Below, in pieces: positions 19,561-28,993 of a stretch of DNA of 64,000 nucleotides (its first letter is position 1; each line of letters opens with the position of its first letter). Source of the stretch: an uncultured Chloroflexia bacterium (GTDB lineage Bacteria > Chloroflexota > Limnocylindria > Limnocylindrales > CSP1-4); contig CAWHIA010000006.1 in NCBI GenBank assembly GCA_963829155.1, positions 107,812 to 171,811 of the forward strand. Reading direction: 5' to 3'. Position numbers and translations under genes: made by a program. The notes beneath the pieces are model-generated. The model saw only the letters and a program-made list of their open reading frames with translations. It did not search any database and was not told the origin of the DNA.

Positions 19561-20490
19561 TCAGAATCCGTCGACTTCAATCACAGCGTCGGCGAACGCT
19601 CGAGGCGCTTCCTGCGGCAGGTTGTGCCCCACGCCACCGGTGAAGACATGGTGCGCGTACGGCCCGGTGAACTTCTCGCGATACGAACCGGCCTCCGGGT
19701 GGGGCGCTCCATTCGCGTCGCCTTCCAGCGTGATCGTGGGGACGGTGATCACCGGCCCCTGCGCCAGCCGCTCTTCGAGGTCGTCGTACTGCGGCTCGCC
19801 GTCGGCGACTGCCGATCCGCCAACGGTAGTTGTGGATGACGATGTCGACGTGATCCGGGTTGTCGAACGAGGCCGCGCTCCGATCGAAGGTGCTCGTCGT
19901 CGAAGTCCCAACGCGGCGACGCGGTCTGCCAGATCAGCCGGTCGAAATCGTGTCGTGTATCGCTCGTAGCCCGGCCCGCCCGCGTTCGGTCGCGAAGTAG
20001 AACTGGTACCACCAGGCGAGCTCCGCTCTCGGCGGCAGGGGCCTCCTGTTGGCTTCGCGACTGCCGATCAGGTAGCCGCTGACGGAGACGAGCGCCTTGC
20101 AGCGCTCGGGCCACATTGCGGCGACGATGCCGGCCGACCGGGCTCCCCAGTCGAAGCCGGCGACGATCGCCTTCTCGATCGTCGAGCGCATCCATCAGGG
20201 AGATCACGTCGAGGGCGAGCGCGGCCTGTTCGCCGTTGCGAAACGTCTCCTCCGAGAGGAAACGCGTCGTGCCGAAGCCGCGGAGATGCGGGACGATCAC
20301 GCGGTATCCAGCGGCCGTCAGCAGGGGCGTCACCTCCGCGTAGCTGTGGATGTCGTACGGCCAGCCGTGCAGCAGCACGACGGCCGGTCCGTCCGGCCGG
20401 GCCTGCGTCCACGTAGCCGACGTTGAGGACGCCGGCGTCGATCTGGCGGATCGGCCCGAACGCGGTCGCCGGCGCCTCCGCGACGCTCAT
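19561..20490 (-). pseudogene. Alpha/beta hydrolase (epoxide hydrolase-like), broken by several frameshifts
   Basis: Segments in different frames: 'IRQIDAGVLNVGY', 'LLHGWPYDIHSY', 'AGFDWGARSA', 'WWYQFYFATERG', 'GVGHNLPQEAP'. Real decay versus sequencing error is unresolved. Confidence 0.8.
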
Positions 20491-21237
20491 CCGCACGGCG
20501 ACGGCCGACGTCGCCTCGACCGCCTGGACGATCACCTCGGTCACGGCCTCGGGCTGGGAGACCATGACCACGTGCGAGCCCTCGACCTCGGTGATCGTGG
20601 CGCCCGCGCGCTGCGCCATCGAGCGCGTCAGATCGGCGCCGGCAGCCCGATCGCCGGTCGCGACGACTGCCCACGACGGCCGGTCCTTCCAGGCGGGCGC
20701 CGTGGCGGGATCGGAGAACGCCGCGTCGGCGACCGGTCGCTGCGTGGCCGCCATGACCGCGGCCGTCTGGGGCGGCAGGTCGCCCGCAAACGCGTCGCGG
20801 AACTTCGCCGGATCGACCACGAACTCGACAGCCGATGCGCCCGCGCCGGTCGGGTACTCGTGCGGGACGAGTGCCGGCATCAGGATGCTGTCCTTCGAGG
20901 TCGGCGTGACCTGACCGAGGATCTCGCCCTCATCCGGCACGAAGGCGGCGACGAAGACGAGGCCCACGACGTTCGAGAAGCGCTTCGCGGCGTTGCTGAT
21001 CACGGCCCCGCCGTACGAATGACCGACCAGGACGACAGGCCCGTCGAGCTGGCCGAGAACGCCCTCGAGATACGCGGAGTCGGCCGAAAGCCCGCGCAGC
21101 GGGTTCGCCGGAGCCGTCACGCTGATGCCCTTCGCCTGGAGGCGCTCGATCACGCCGTTCCAGCTCGAACCGTCGGCGAAGGCACCGTGGACGAGCACGA
21201 CCGTGGGTCGGCCCGGGATCTCGGTCACGTGACTCAT
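20487..21237 (-). CDS. Alpha/beta hydrolase (esterase-like); reads through into the next gene because of an apparent +1 base
   Basis: 'VVLVHGAFADGSSW', nucleophile 'GHSYGG', 'GSHVVMVSQP'. The span to the TGA of an ATGA overlap at 20487-20490 is 3n+1. Confidence 0.85.
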
Positions 21238-21313
21238 GACGCCCTCCTTTCGGCGCCGGAACGGGCCGGCGGCGGACCGTTCGTCCGCCGCCGGCCAAGG
21301 TCCACGTTCGCGG

Positions 21314-22564
21314 TCAGCGCACCGACCGGAACGAGTTGCGCAGCTCTTCGGAGAAGATCTGCGGCTCCTCCCACGCGGCGAAGTGGCCGCCCTTCGGTGC
21401 CTCGTTGAAGTACGTGAGGTTCGGATAGACCTTGTCGGCCCAGCTCTTCGGGGCCTTGAAGAGCTCCTGCGGGAACACGGTGAACCCGGTCGACACCTTG
21501 ATATCCGGCGCCTTCGCCCCGGACGCGAGGGCGGCCACGATGTTCTGGAAGTTCTCCCAGTAGAGCCGCGCCGCCGACGTCGACGTGTTGGTCAGCCAGT
21601 AGAGGGTGATGTTGTCGAGGACGTGGTCCCGGCTGAGGCCACCGGTCGGCTGGCCGTCGAGGAACGCCTTCGAGATCTTCGCGTAGCTGTCGGGGTCGTG
21701 GTCGAGTATCCAGGCAGCGGTCGCGAGTGGATCCATCGAGCCGTAGCCGATCGTCTGCGGCTTGGTGTTCATCTCCGCGATGTACCCGGCCCGGAAGGTT
21801 TGCTCGATCCCGGCGAGCGCCTCTGGCTCCTTCTCGGCTCGCGAGGCGATGACGCCGACGATCGCGCGCTTGACGAGCCCCATCGCGAACGTGTCACCGA
21901 AGAGCGCTGCGCCGACCGAGGTCGGGAACGCGCTGAGGAAGTTGAGGTGGATCCCGATCAGCCCCGCGGGCGCCTGGCGCGCCATCGCGTCGGTGACGGT
22001 CGCACCCTGGTCGCCGCCCTGTGCGACGTACCGGGTGTAGCCGAGGCGGGTCATCAGCTCGTCCCAGGCCTGGGCGATCTTGTTGCCGCTCCAGCCGAGC
22101 TCGGTCGGCTGGTCCGAGAACCCAAAGCCGGGCATGGACGGGATCACGACGTGGAACGCGTCTGCCTCGGTCCCGCCATACGCGGTCGGGTCGGTCAGGG
22201 GGCCGATGACGTCGAGCATCTCGATCACCGAGCCCGGCCAGCCGTGGGTGATGATCAGCGGCAGCGCATTCTCGTGGCGTGACTTGACGTGGATGAAGTG
22301 GATGTCGAGGCCGTCGATGTTCGTCTTGAACTGCGGAAGCCCGTTCAGCCTCGACTCGACTTTGCGCCAGTCGTAGTCGGTGGCCCAATACTTCGCGACC
22401 GCCTGGAGCGTCGCCAGCTGTACGCCCTGCGAGGCATCGCCGACGAGCTCCTTGGTCGGATAGCGAGCGGCATTCAGGCGCCGCCGTAGATCAGCGAGGT
22501 CTTCCTCGGGTGTGTCGATCTTGAAGGGGCGGACGTCAACGCCCGCCTCGATCGTCATGGTCAT
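21314..22564 (-). CDS. Epoxide hydrolase (microsomal-type, EHN domain), intact
   Basis: 'LIITHGWPGSVIE', 'PSMPGFGFS', 'QGGDQG', 'LDNITLYWLT', 'GGHFAAWEEP'. Confidence 0.92.
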   Translation of the reverse strand: MTMTIEAGVDVRPFKIDTPEEDLADLRRRLNAARYPTKELVGDASQGVQLATLQAVAKYWATDYDWRKVESRLNGLPQFKTNIDGLDIHFIHVKSRHENALPLIITHGWPGSVIEMLDVIGPLTDPTAYGGTEADAFHVVIPSMPGFGFSDQPTELGWSGNKIAQAWDELMTRLGYTRYVAQGGDQGATVTDAMARQAPAGLIGIHLNFLSAFPTSVGAALFGDTFAMGLVKRAIVGVIASRAEKEPEALAGIEQTFRAGYIAEMNTKPQTIGYGSMDPLATAAWILDHDPDSYAKISKAFLDGQPTGGLSRDHVLDNITLYWLTNTSTSAARLYWENFQNIVAALASGAKAPDIKVSTGFTVFPQELFKAPKSWADKVYPNLTYFNEAPKGGHFAAWEEPQIFSEELRNSFRSVR

Positions 22565-22612
22565 TTGCGAACTCCTCTCTTCCCTGTCTGTCCAGGTCCA
22601 TCGCTCCTGCGC

Positions 22613-23833
22613 TCAGCGCAGCGATCGGAAGGCAGTGCGCACCTCCTTCGCAAGCAGCTCCGGCTGCTCCCAGGCGGCGAAATGTCCGCCCCGATCGACG
22701 ACGTTGAAGTGGATGAGCTTCGGATAGGCCTGCTCCGCCCAGCTCCGCGGAGCCGGATAGAGCTCGTCCGGAAACACGGTCACCCCGACCGGGATGTCGA
22801 CGCCCTTGACGTCGAAGAAGCCGAGATGGCTCTCCCAGTAGAGGCGTGATGCGGAGATCGCCGCTGTTCGTCAGCCAGTAGTGGGTGACGTTGTCGAGGA
22901 CGTCGTCTCGCGAGAGTCCACCCGGGCCTGCCCGCGAAGGCCCGATCGATCAGCTCGTAGCTCTTCTCGTCGTGGTCGAGCATCCAGGCGGCCAGACCGA
23001 CCGGCGAGTCCGCGATCCCGTACAGCGTCTGCGGCCGAAGGCCCATCTCCTGGGCATACGCGGTCCCGGTCGCGAAGAAGTGGACCAGGATGTCGTAGGC
23101 CTTCTGCTCATCGACTGACAGACCCGCCGGCGCCGCGGCCCCCGACCGAACACCCTGCGAGATCTCGGGCGAGAGCGTCGCCGGCATGTTCGTGTGGATG
23201 CCGAGCAGTCCCTCGGGCTTGAGCAGCGCCAGCTGCTCGGTGACGGCATTGCCCCAGTCACCGCCCTGAGCCACGTAGCGCTCGTACCCGAGGCGCTTGC
23301 ATCAGCACGACCCAAGCGCGCGCGATGCGGATCGGGTCCCAGCCGGTCTCGGTCGGCTTGCCCGAGAAGCCGTGGCCTGGCAGGGACGGGATGACCAGAT
23401 GGAAGGCGTCGGCCGCGCTCGGCGCCGTGGGCCGTCGGATCGGTCAGCGGCTCGATGATCTTGAGCTGCTCGATCGTGGAGCCGGGCCAGCCGTGGGTGA
23501 CGATCAGGGGGAGCGCGTCGTCGTGCTTCGAGCGGACGTGGATGAAGTGGATGTCGACGCCGTCGATCTCGGTGATGAAGTGGGGCAGGGCCGCGAAGCG
23601 CGCCTCGAACCTGCGCCAGTCGTAGTCGGTCGGCCCAGTAGCTGGGCCAGCGCCTGGATCGTCGCGAGCCGCACGCCCTGGGATCGATCCGTCTCCCGGT
23701 CGGGCCACCTGGTCGCGCCGATCCGACGCCGCAGGTCGGCGAGCTCCTCGTCCGAAACGACGAACGTGAAGGGGCGGATCGCCTCCGGGTCGGCTGCGGC
23801 AGCGCGGCCGGGATCGGGCAGTGTGATCGACAT
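22613..23833 (-). pseudogene. Second epoxide hydrolase paralogue, multiply frameshifted
   Basis: Fragments 'IRPFTF...LADLRRRI', 'THGWPGS', 'QGGDWG', 'DSPVGLAAWMLDHD', 'GGHFAAWEQP' in different frames; stop at 22613. Confidence 0.8.
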
Positions 23834-24054
23834 CAGGCGACTCCTTCCCCGTTGGGCCGCGCTCAGTCACTCCGCGGCGGTTTGAGGTCATACCATCGCG
23901 CCCATCAGCACCCCGGTCGCGCCCGTCACATCACTGGTCATGTCCCCGGTCAGGCGTTCGGAGGAGTGCCTTCAATGGCCCGAACGCACCGATCCGATCT
24001 GCCTCGGGAGTAAGATTCCGATCCAAGCCACGGCCTCGAGGGAGGGCGGGGGTC

Positions 24055-26826
24055 GTGCGATCCACGACAGACGCGGGACAGGTGCTGGTCGGAAGGCGCA
24101 ACGAATGCGCCCGGCTGGATCGGCTGATCGCAGACGCGCGACGCGGCACGAGCGCTGCGGTCGCGGTGCGGGGCGCGGCAGGCATCGGCAAGACTGCTTT
24201 GCTCGACTACGTCCTCGGGCACGCGGCCGGCTGTCGCGTCGTTCGCTCGTCCGGGGTCGAGTCCGAGATGGAGCTGCCCTTCGCCGGGCTTCATCAGCTG
24301 TGCGTGCCGTTCCTCGACGGGCTCGAACGCTTGCCGGGCCCCCAGAGCGACGCACTCGCGACGGCATTTGGGATGCGCGCCGGCCCCCCACCAGATCGGT
24401 TCCTCGTCGGGCTCGCCGTTCTCACACTCCTCGGCGACGTCGCCGAAGCCCAACCGTTGATCTGCCTGGTCGATGACGGACAGTGGCTCGATCGAGCGTC
24501 GGCCCAGGTCCTCGGCTTCGTGGCGCGGCGGCTGGCGGCGGAGTCGATCGTGATGCTCTTTGCCCTGCGCGAACCCGACGACATCGCCGAGTTCGCAGGC
24601 CTTCCGGATCTGACGCTTGGACCCCTCGCCGAGCCTCAGGCACGGACGGTCCTCGTCTCTGCCGTCCCCGGCCCTATCGACGAGCCGGTTCGGGAGCGGA
24701 TCCTCGCGGAGGCGGCGGGCAACCCGCTCGCTCTCCTCGAATTGCCGCGAGGTTGGACGCCTGCCGCATTCGCCGGCGGTTTCGGCTTGCCGGACAGCGT
24801 CTCTGTCTCGGCCAAGGTCGAGGAGAGCTTCCGTCGACGCCTCTCCCCGCTCCCACCTGACACACGCAGCCTGCTGCTGGTGGCGGCCGCCGAGCCGCTC
24901 GGTGACCCCGTCCTGGTCCTTGCTGCCGCGGCGCGGGTCGGTATCTCCCCTGACGCAGCCGACGCTGCGGCCAGATCGGGCCTGCTCGAGATCAAGACCA
25001 GGGTTCGCTTCCGTCATCCGTTGGTCCGCACGGTGGTGTATCGGGAAGCATCGGCCGCTGAGCGTCGCCTGGCGCATGCAGCCCTTGCCGAGGCGACGGA
25101 CCCGGTCCTTGATCCAGACCGCCGGGCATGGCACCTCGCCGCGGCGGCGGCCGGCCCGGACGAAGAGGTCGCCATCGAGCTCGAGCGTTCGGCCGGTCGT
25201 GCCCAGGCTCGGGGCGGGGTGGCGGCTGCGGCCGCATTCCTCGAGCGCAGCGTCGAGCTGACACCGGACTCCTCTCGTCGTGTGGAGCGAGGCCTGGCCG
25301 CCGCCGATGCGGCATTCCTTTCCGGAGCATTCGACTCGGTGGAGCGGCTCCTTGCGGACGCGGAGACCCACCCGCTCGATGGGTTCCAGCGCGCCAGAGC
25401 AGCGCTGCTCCGTGGCCACGTTGCCGTCGTGCGCGGGTACGGGAACGATGCGCCGCCCTTGCTCCTGGACGCCGCGAGGCAGCTCGAGCCCTTCGACCGC
25501 GAACTTGCCCGGGGTGCTTATCTGACGGCCTACGGTGCGGGGATGTCCGCCGGGCATCTAGGCGACACGGGGGTATTCCTCGAGATTTGCCGGTCGGCCG
25601 AGGGATTCCACGCGGCGACGGGCACGGAGGGTCCGCTCGATCTCCTGCTCGAAGGCTTGGCCAGGATGCACACCGACGGTCGTGCCGTCGCCATCCCCAT
25701 CTTCCAGCGCGCGGCGAAGGCCCTGGGCCAGATTCCCGCTGAGGATGTCGTGCGTTGGGGTTGGACGGCACCGATGGCCAGCAACGTCATTTGGGACTCC
25801 GACGGCAGCACCGCGATCTTCGAGCGGCAGGCACGGATCGTCCGCGAGGTGGGTGCCCTCGCCGAACTACCCGTGTTCATCTCCTCGGTCGCGCTCGACA
25901 GGGTGTGGACCGGGGACCTGGCTGGTGCTGAAGCGCTCGTCGCCGAGAGTGAAAGCGTTGCAGGGGTGATCGGCAGCCAGCTCCCGCCCTTCGCGGGACT
26001 TCGGCTGCGCTGTTCGCAGGGCCGCGAAGCGGAAGCGTCCGCTCTTATCGACGGCACACTCGCGAGAGCGGAGGAGGTCGGGGCTGGTCTTTTCGTGAGG
26101 GTGGCTCAATGGGCCGCCGCGGTCCTCTACAACGGCCTCGCCCGCTACGCCGAGGCGGCATCCGTTGCTCGTCAGGTGACGTCCAACGACACCGATCCGT
26201 ATCCGGCGATGTGGGCCCTGCCCGAGCTCGTCGAGGCGTCCACACGGACCGGCGAGAGCGACCTTGCACGCGGAGCGCTCAAGCGGCTGGCCGAGATGAC
26301 GCTGCCCGCTGGCACCGACTTCGGACTCGGGATCCTGGCACGTTCACGTGCGCTCTTGGAAGATGGCGCCGCCGCGGAGGCGCTCTACCGCGAGGCGATC
26401 AAACGGCTGAGCCGCACGCAGGTCCGCCCTGAGCTCGCCCGTGCTCATCTGCTGTATGGGGAGTTCCTGCGTCGCGAGGGGCGACGTGTCGACGCGCGCG
26501 AGCAGCTTCGGACCGCATACGACGCCTTCGTCGCGATCGGCATGGAGGCTTTCGCGGAGCGCGCCCGTCGCGAGCTCCTGGCGACCGGCGAGACCGTCCG
26601 TCGGAGAAACGTCGAGACGCGCGATCGACTCACCCCGCAGGAAATGCAGATCGCGCGCCTCGCCAGCGAAGGGCACACGAACCCGGAGATCGGCGCACAG
26701 CTGTACTTGAGCCGGCGCACCGTGGAGTGGCACCTGCGGAAGGTGTTCGACAAGCTCGAGATCCGTTCCCGCCGGGAACTCCCTGCAGCACTCGTGCGAA
26801 CAGCGCGGGATCACCTTTCGGACTAG
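24055..26826 (+). CDS. Large AAA-ATPase + LuxR-HTH transcriptional regulator (LAL/MalT-like)
   Basis: Walker A 'GAAGIGKT', 'LVDDGQWLD', 'GNPLALLEL', C-terminal 'LTPQEMQIARLASEGHTNPEIGAQLYLSRRTVEWHLRKVFDKL'. Confidence 0.92.
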   Translation: MRSTTDAGQVLVGRRNECARLDRLIADARRGTSAAVAVRGAAGIGKTALLDYVLGHAAGCRVVRSSGVESEMELPFAGLHQLCVPFLDGLERLPGPQSDALATAFGMRAGPPPDRFLVGLAVLTLLGDVAEAQPLICLVDDGQWLDRASAQVLGFVARRLAAESIVMLFALREPDDIAEFAGLPDLTLGPLAEPQARTVLVSAVPGPIDEPVRERILAEAAGNPLALLELPRGWTPAAFAGGFGLPDSVSVSAKVEESFRRRLSPLPPDTRSLLLVAAAEPLGDPVLVLAAAARVGISPDAADAAARSGLLEIKTRVRFRHPLVRTVVYREASAAERRLAHAALAEATDPVLDPDRRAWHLAAAAAGPDEEVAIELERSAGRAQARGGVAAAAAFLERSVELTPDSSRRVERGLAAADAAFLSGAFDSVERLLADAETHPLDGFQRARAALLRGHVAVVRGYGNDAPPLLLDAARQLEPFDRELARGAYLTAYGAGMSAGHLGDTGVFLEICRSAEGFHAATGTEGPLDLLLEGLARMHTDGRAVAIPIFQRAAKALGQIPAEDVVRWGWTAPMASNVIWDSDGSTAIFERQARIVREVGALAELPVFISSVALDRVWTGDLAGAEALVAESESVAGVIGSQLPPFAGLRLRCSQGREAEASALIDGTLARAEEVGAGLFVRVAQWAAAVLYNGLARYAEAASVARQVTSNDTDPYPAMWALPELVEASTRTGESDLARGALKRLAEMTLPAGTDFGLGILARSRALLEDGAAAEALYREAIKRLSRTQVRPELARAHLLYGEFLRREGRRVDAREQLRTAYDAFVAIGMEAFAERARRELLATGETVRRRNVETRDRLTPQEMQIARLASEGHTNPEIGAQLYLSRRTVEWHLRKVFDKLEIRSRRELPAALVRTARDHLSD

Positions 26827-26957
26827 CTGCCGCGGACCCCACTGGTCGCTGGCGGGTGGGGCCCAACCAGTGACTCTCACGGGCGCGAATACGGCCCGCA
26901 GCGCATCACAGTGTCCGGGCGCGTTGTCGCGCGGAATGGCGAACCGGAGTCGGGCCT

Positions 26958-27401
26958 GTGGACATGAAGCTCGAGGTCGTCGTGCTGCCCGTCTCGGATG
27001 TCGATGGCACTAAGGCCTTTTATCTGTCCGCGGGGTTTCGGGAGGATTTCGACTACTCCTCTGGCGACGACTTCAGGGTCGTGCAATTCACTCCGCCCGG
27101 TTCGGGCGCTTCGATCGTCTTCGGCACGGGAGTCACGGGTGCCCCTTCGGGATCGGTCGAGGGGCTTCAGCTGGTGGTGGCCGACATCGAGGCCGCACGG
27201 ATGGCGTTGATCGAGCGTGGGGTCCAGGTAACCGACGTCTTTCACGACATGGGCGGTGTCTTCTACCATCGGTCGCCCGCGCACGAGATCCCCGGCGTCG
27301 ACCCGGACCGGCGGTCGTACGTCTCGTTCGCCCGCTTCTTCGACCCGGATGGGAACGAGTGGGTCCTCCAAGAGGTCAGCCAACGCGCACCCAGGCGATG
27401 A
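26958..27401 (+). CDS. VOC/glyoxalase family protein
   Basis: 'KLEVVVLPVSDVD', 'VQFTPPGS', 'LQLVVADIEAAR', 'FFDPDGNEWVLQE'. Confidence 0.88.
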   Translation: MDMKLEVVVLPVSDVDGTKAFYLSAGFREDFDYSSGDDFRVVQFTPPGSGASIVFGTGVTGAPSGSVEGLQLVVADIEAARMALIERGVQVTDVFHDMGGVFYHRSPAHEIPGVDPDRRSYVSFARFFDPDGNEWVLQEVSQRAPRR

Positions 27402-27563
27402 CGGTCTCCACCCGCTTGCCCCCGTCGCGTGTCCCAGTACATGAACCCGTGACCTGACGGGCGCGACCCACCTGAACCGCAATCACCGTAGGGGTCCGGT
27501 CATCTCCGTGAGCGGCGACGCCTGATTCCGGATGGCACGTCATCGGCAGCGAAGGAGAGAGTC

Positions 27564-28385
27564 ATGAACGGTCTGACCCACAGCAGCATCGTGGCTCGAA
27601 GGGCCGGCGTTTTCCGGCTCGGCGCCCTCATCGCGGCCGCCTTGTTGCTCTCGATCTCGGTCTTCTCGACCAGCGCCCGAGCGGCCGAGTCAGACCCGAC
27701 GATCGTCTTCGTGCACGGCGCGTTCGCAGCGCCTGCCGGATGGGACGGTGTGGTTGACGCGTTGCATAAGGACGGCTACCAGACGGCTACTCCCACGCTC
27801 GGCCTCGAGTCCGTGGCGGACGACGTGGCCATCGTGCGGTCGACGCTGGATTCGATCCCGGGAGACAAGATCCTGGTGGGACATTCCTACGGCGGGTTCG
27901 TGATCACCAACGCCGCCAGCGGGCGAACCGACGTCCGCGGTCTGGTCTACACGGCGGCGTACGTGCCGGACAGCGGCGAGACGATCACCGATCTGAGCGT
28001 CGGCTACGCGCCAGGGACGTTCCTGGATCATCTGGTGTTCAACCCGTACCCCATCGCCATCGTCGACCCGCAGTTCTTTCCCGAGGACTTCGCCCAGGAC
28101 TTGAATCCCCAGCTGGGCGCCGAGATCGCAGCCGAGCAGATCCCGACGAGCCTGGCTCTCTTCCTCACGCCATCCGGCCCCGCCGCCTGGCACGCGCTCC
28201 CGTCGTGGTACGCAGTCTCGGGCCACGACCGCGCCATCGACCCTGCCCTGCAGCGGTTCATGGCCGAGCGCGCTGGATCGACGACCGTCGAGTTCGAGGC
28301 GGCGAGCCACGTCGGGGGCCTCACACACTACACGGCGCGCTTCGTGAAGCTGATCGAACAAGCGATCGACGCGACCGCAACGTGA
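27564..28385 (+). CDS. Secreted alpha/beta hydrolase
   Basis: Sec-type signal ending in 'SARA|AES'; 'VFVHGAFA', 'GHSYGG'; GAAGGAG RBS. Confidence 0.85.
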   Translation: MNGLTHSSIVARRAGVFRLGALIAAALLLSISVFSTSARAAESDPTIVFVHGAFAAPAGWDGVVDALHKDGYQTATPTLGLESVADDVAIVRSTLDSIPGDKILVGHSYGGFVITNAASGRTDVRGLVYTAAYVPDSGETITDLSVGYAPGTFLDHLVFNPYPIAIVDPQFFPEDFAQDLNPQLGAEIAAEQIPTSLALFLTPSGPAAWHALPSWYAVSGHDRAIDPALQRFMAERAGSTTVEFEAASHVGGLTHYTARFVKLIEQAIDATAT

Positions 28386-28506
28386 TCTGACAACTCCGCA
28401 GACTTGCACCGGGCTGCGCGGATGGCGTTCTTCTCCCGTCCGCGCAGCGCCGCAGGTGCTACCTGCACTGTCCTCGACCATTCGGTACCGTCGCAAGGGA
28501 AACGCG

Positions 28507-28704
28507 ATGACCATCGCCGTGATCGGCGCGACGGGCCACGTCGGCCGCGAGATCGTCCGCGGCCTTCTCGCGCGCGGCGATGAGGTCTCCGCGCTGGTTC
28601 GCGACGCCGACGAAGGCAGACGCAATCCTCGCAGGGCTCGCCTAGACGCCTTGTTCACCTGGTCCCGGTCGAGCCAGAGGGCCAGACATTCTTGGGTGTC
28701 CTAA
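28507..28704 (+). pseudogene. Truncated NAD(P)-binding (NmrA/SDR-like) gene remnant at the island's right end
   Basis: Rossmann start 'MTIAVIGATGHVGREIVRGLLARGDEVSALVRD'; similarity is lost after ~38 codons; stop lies 60 bp before the att copy. Confidence 0.75.
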
Positions 28705-28709
28705 CTGCC

Positions 28710-28730
28710 GCGGCTTTGGTGGCGGCTTTG
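28710..28730 (+). repeat. Tandem GCGGCTTTG direct repeats; candidate integrase arm-type sites
   Basis: GCGGCTTTG at 28710-28718 and 28722-28730, 35 bp upstream of the att core copy. Confidence 0.5.
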
Positions 28731-28764
28731 CTCCGGGGAGCACGTCGGTAAGTGCCGGCTGACC

Positions 28765-28808
28765 CTGGATCAGGAAATTGAAGGTTCGAGTCCTTCCTCG
28801 CCAGCCAA
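28765..28808 (+). repeat. attR-like core: 3' half of tRNA-Gln (copy 2)
   Basis: Exact 44-bp match to 19391-19434; extends 6 nt leftward (CTGACC vs CTGACT) with one mismatch. The 5' tRNA half is absent, so it is not a functional tRNA. Confidence 0.93.
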
Positions 28809-28993
28809 ATCTCCCGGATCGTGCGTGCCAAGGGCTCTAACTACGGCGCGCATCACCCGCAAGGGCGGCAACGTCCGTCGCGGTGGCCGCCGGTTGCGTT
28901 GCAACCGGCGGCACGGACTCGATGGTGGTACCGCTGCACCTGTGCCGGCCAGGGCCAGCGCGATTGCACAGGCAACTGCTGTTCGCTAGACGA

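Larger units (their letters stand above)
19434..28808. mobile_element. Genomic island integrated at tRNA-Gln; no integrase detected (defective or mobilised in trans)
   Basis: Bounded by an exact 44-bp repeat starting at the anticodon. Cargo of hydrolases, a VOC gene and a LuxR-AAA regulator; truncated gene at the right end; visibly more A/T-ending codons in parts. Confidence 0.8.

Noticed and set aside
20068-21237. 389-aa double-hydrolase fusion ORF
   Set aside because: One extra base removes an ATGA-overlap stop; it is two genes.
19434-28764. Integrase or transposase inside the island
   Set aside because: No tyrosine-recombinase (R..H-x-x-R..Y), serine-recombinase or DDE motifs found in any ORF of the interval.
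28735-28808. Second tRNA-Gln gene
   Set aside because: The 5' acceptor strand and D arm are missing (only GGTAAG is shared), so it cannot fold as a tRNA; treated as an att site.
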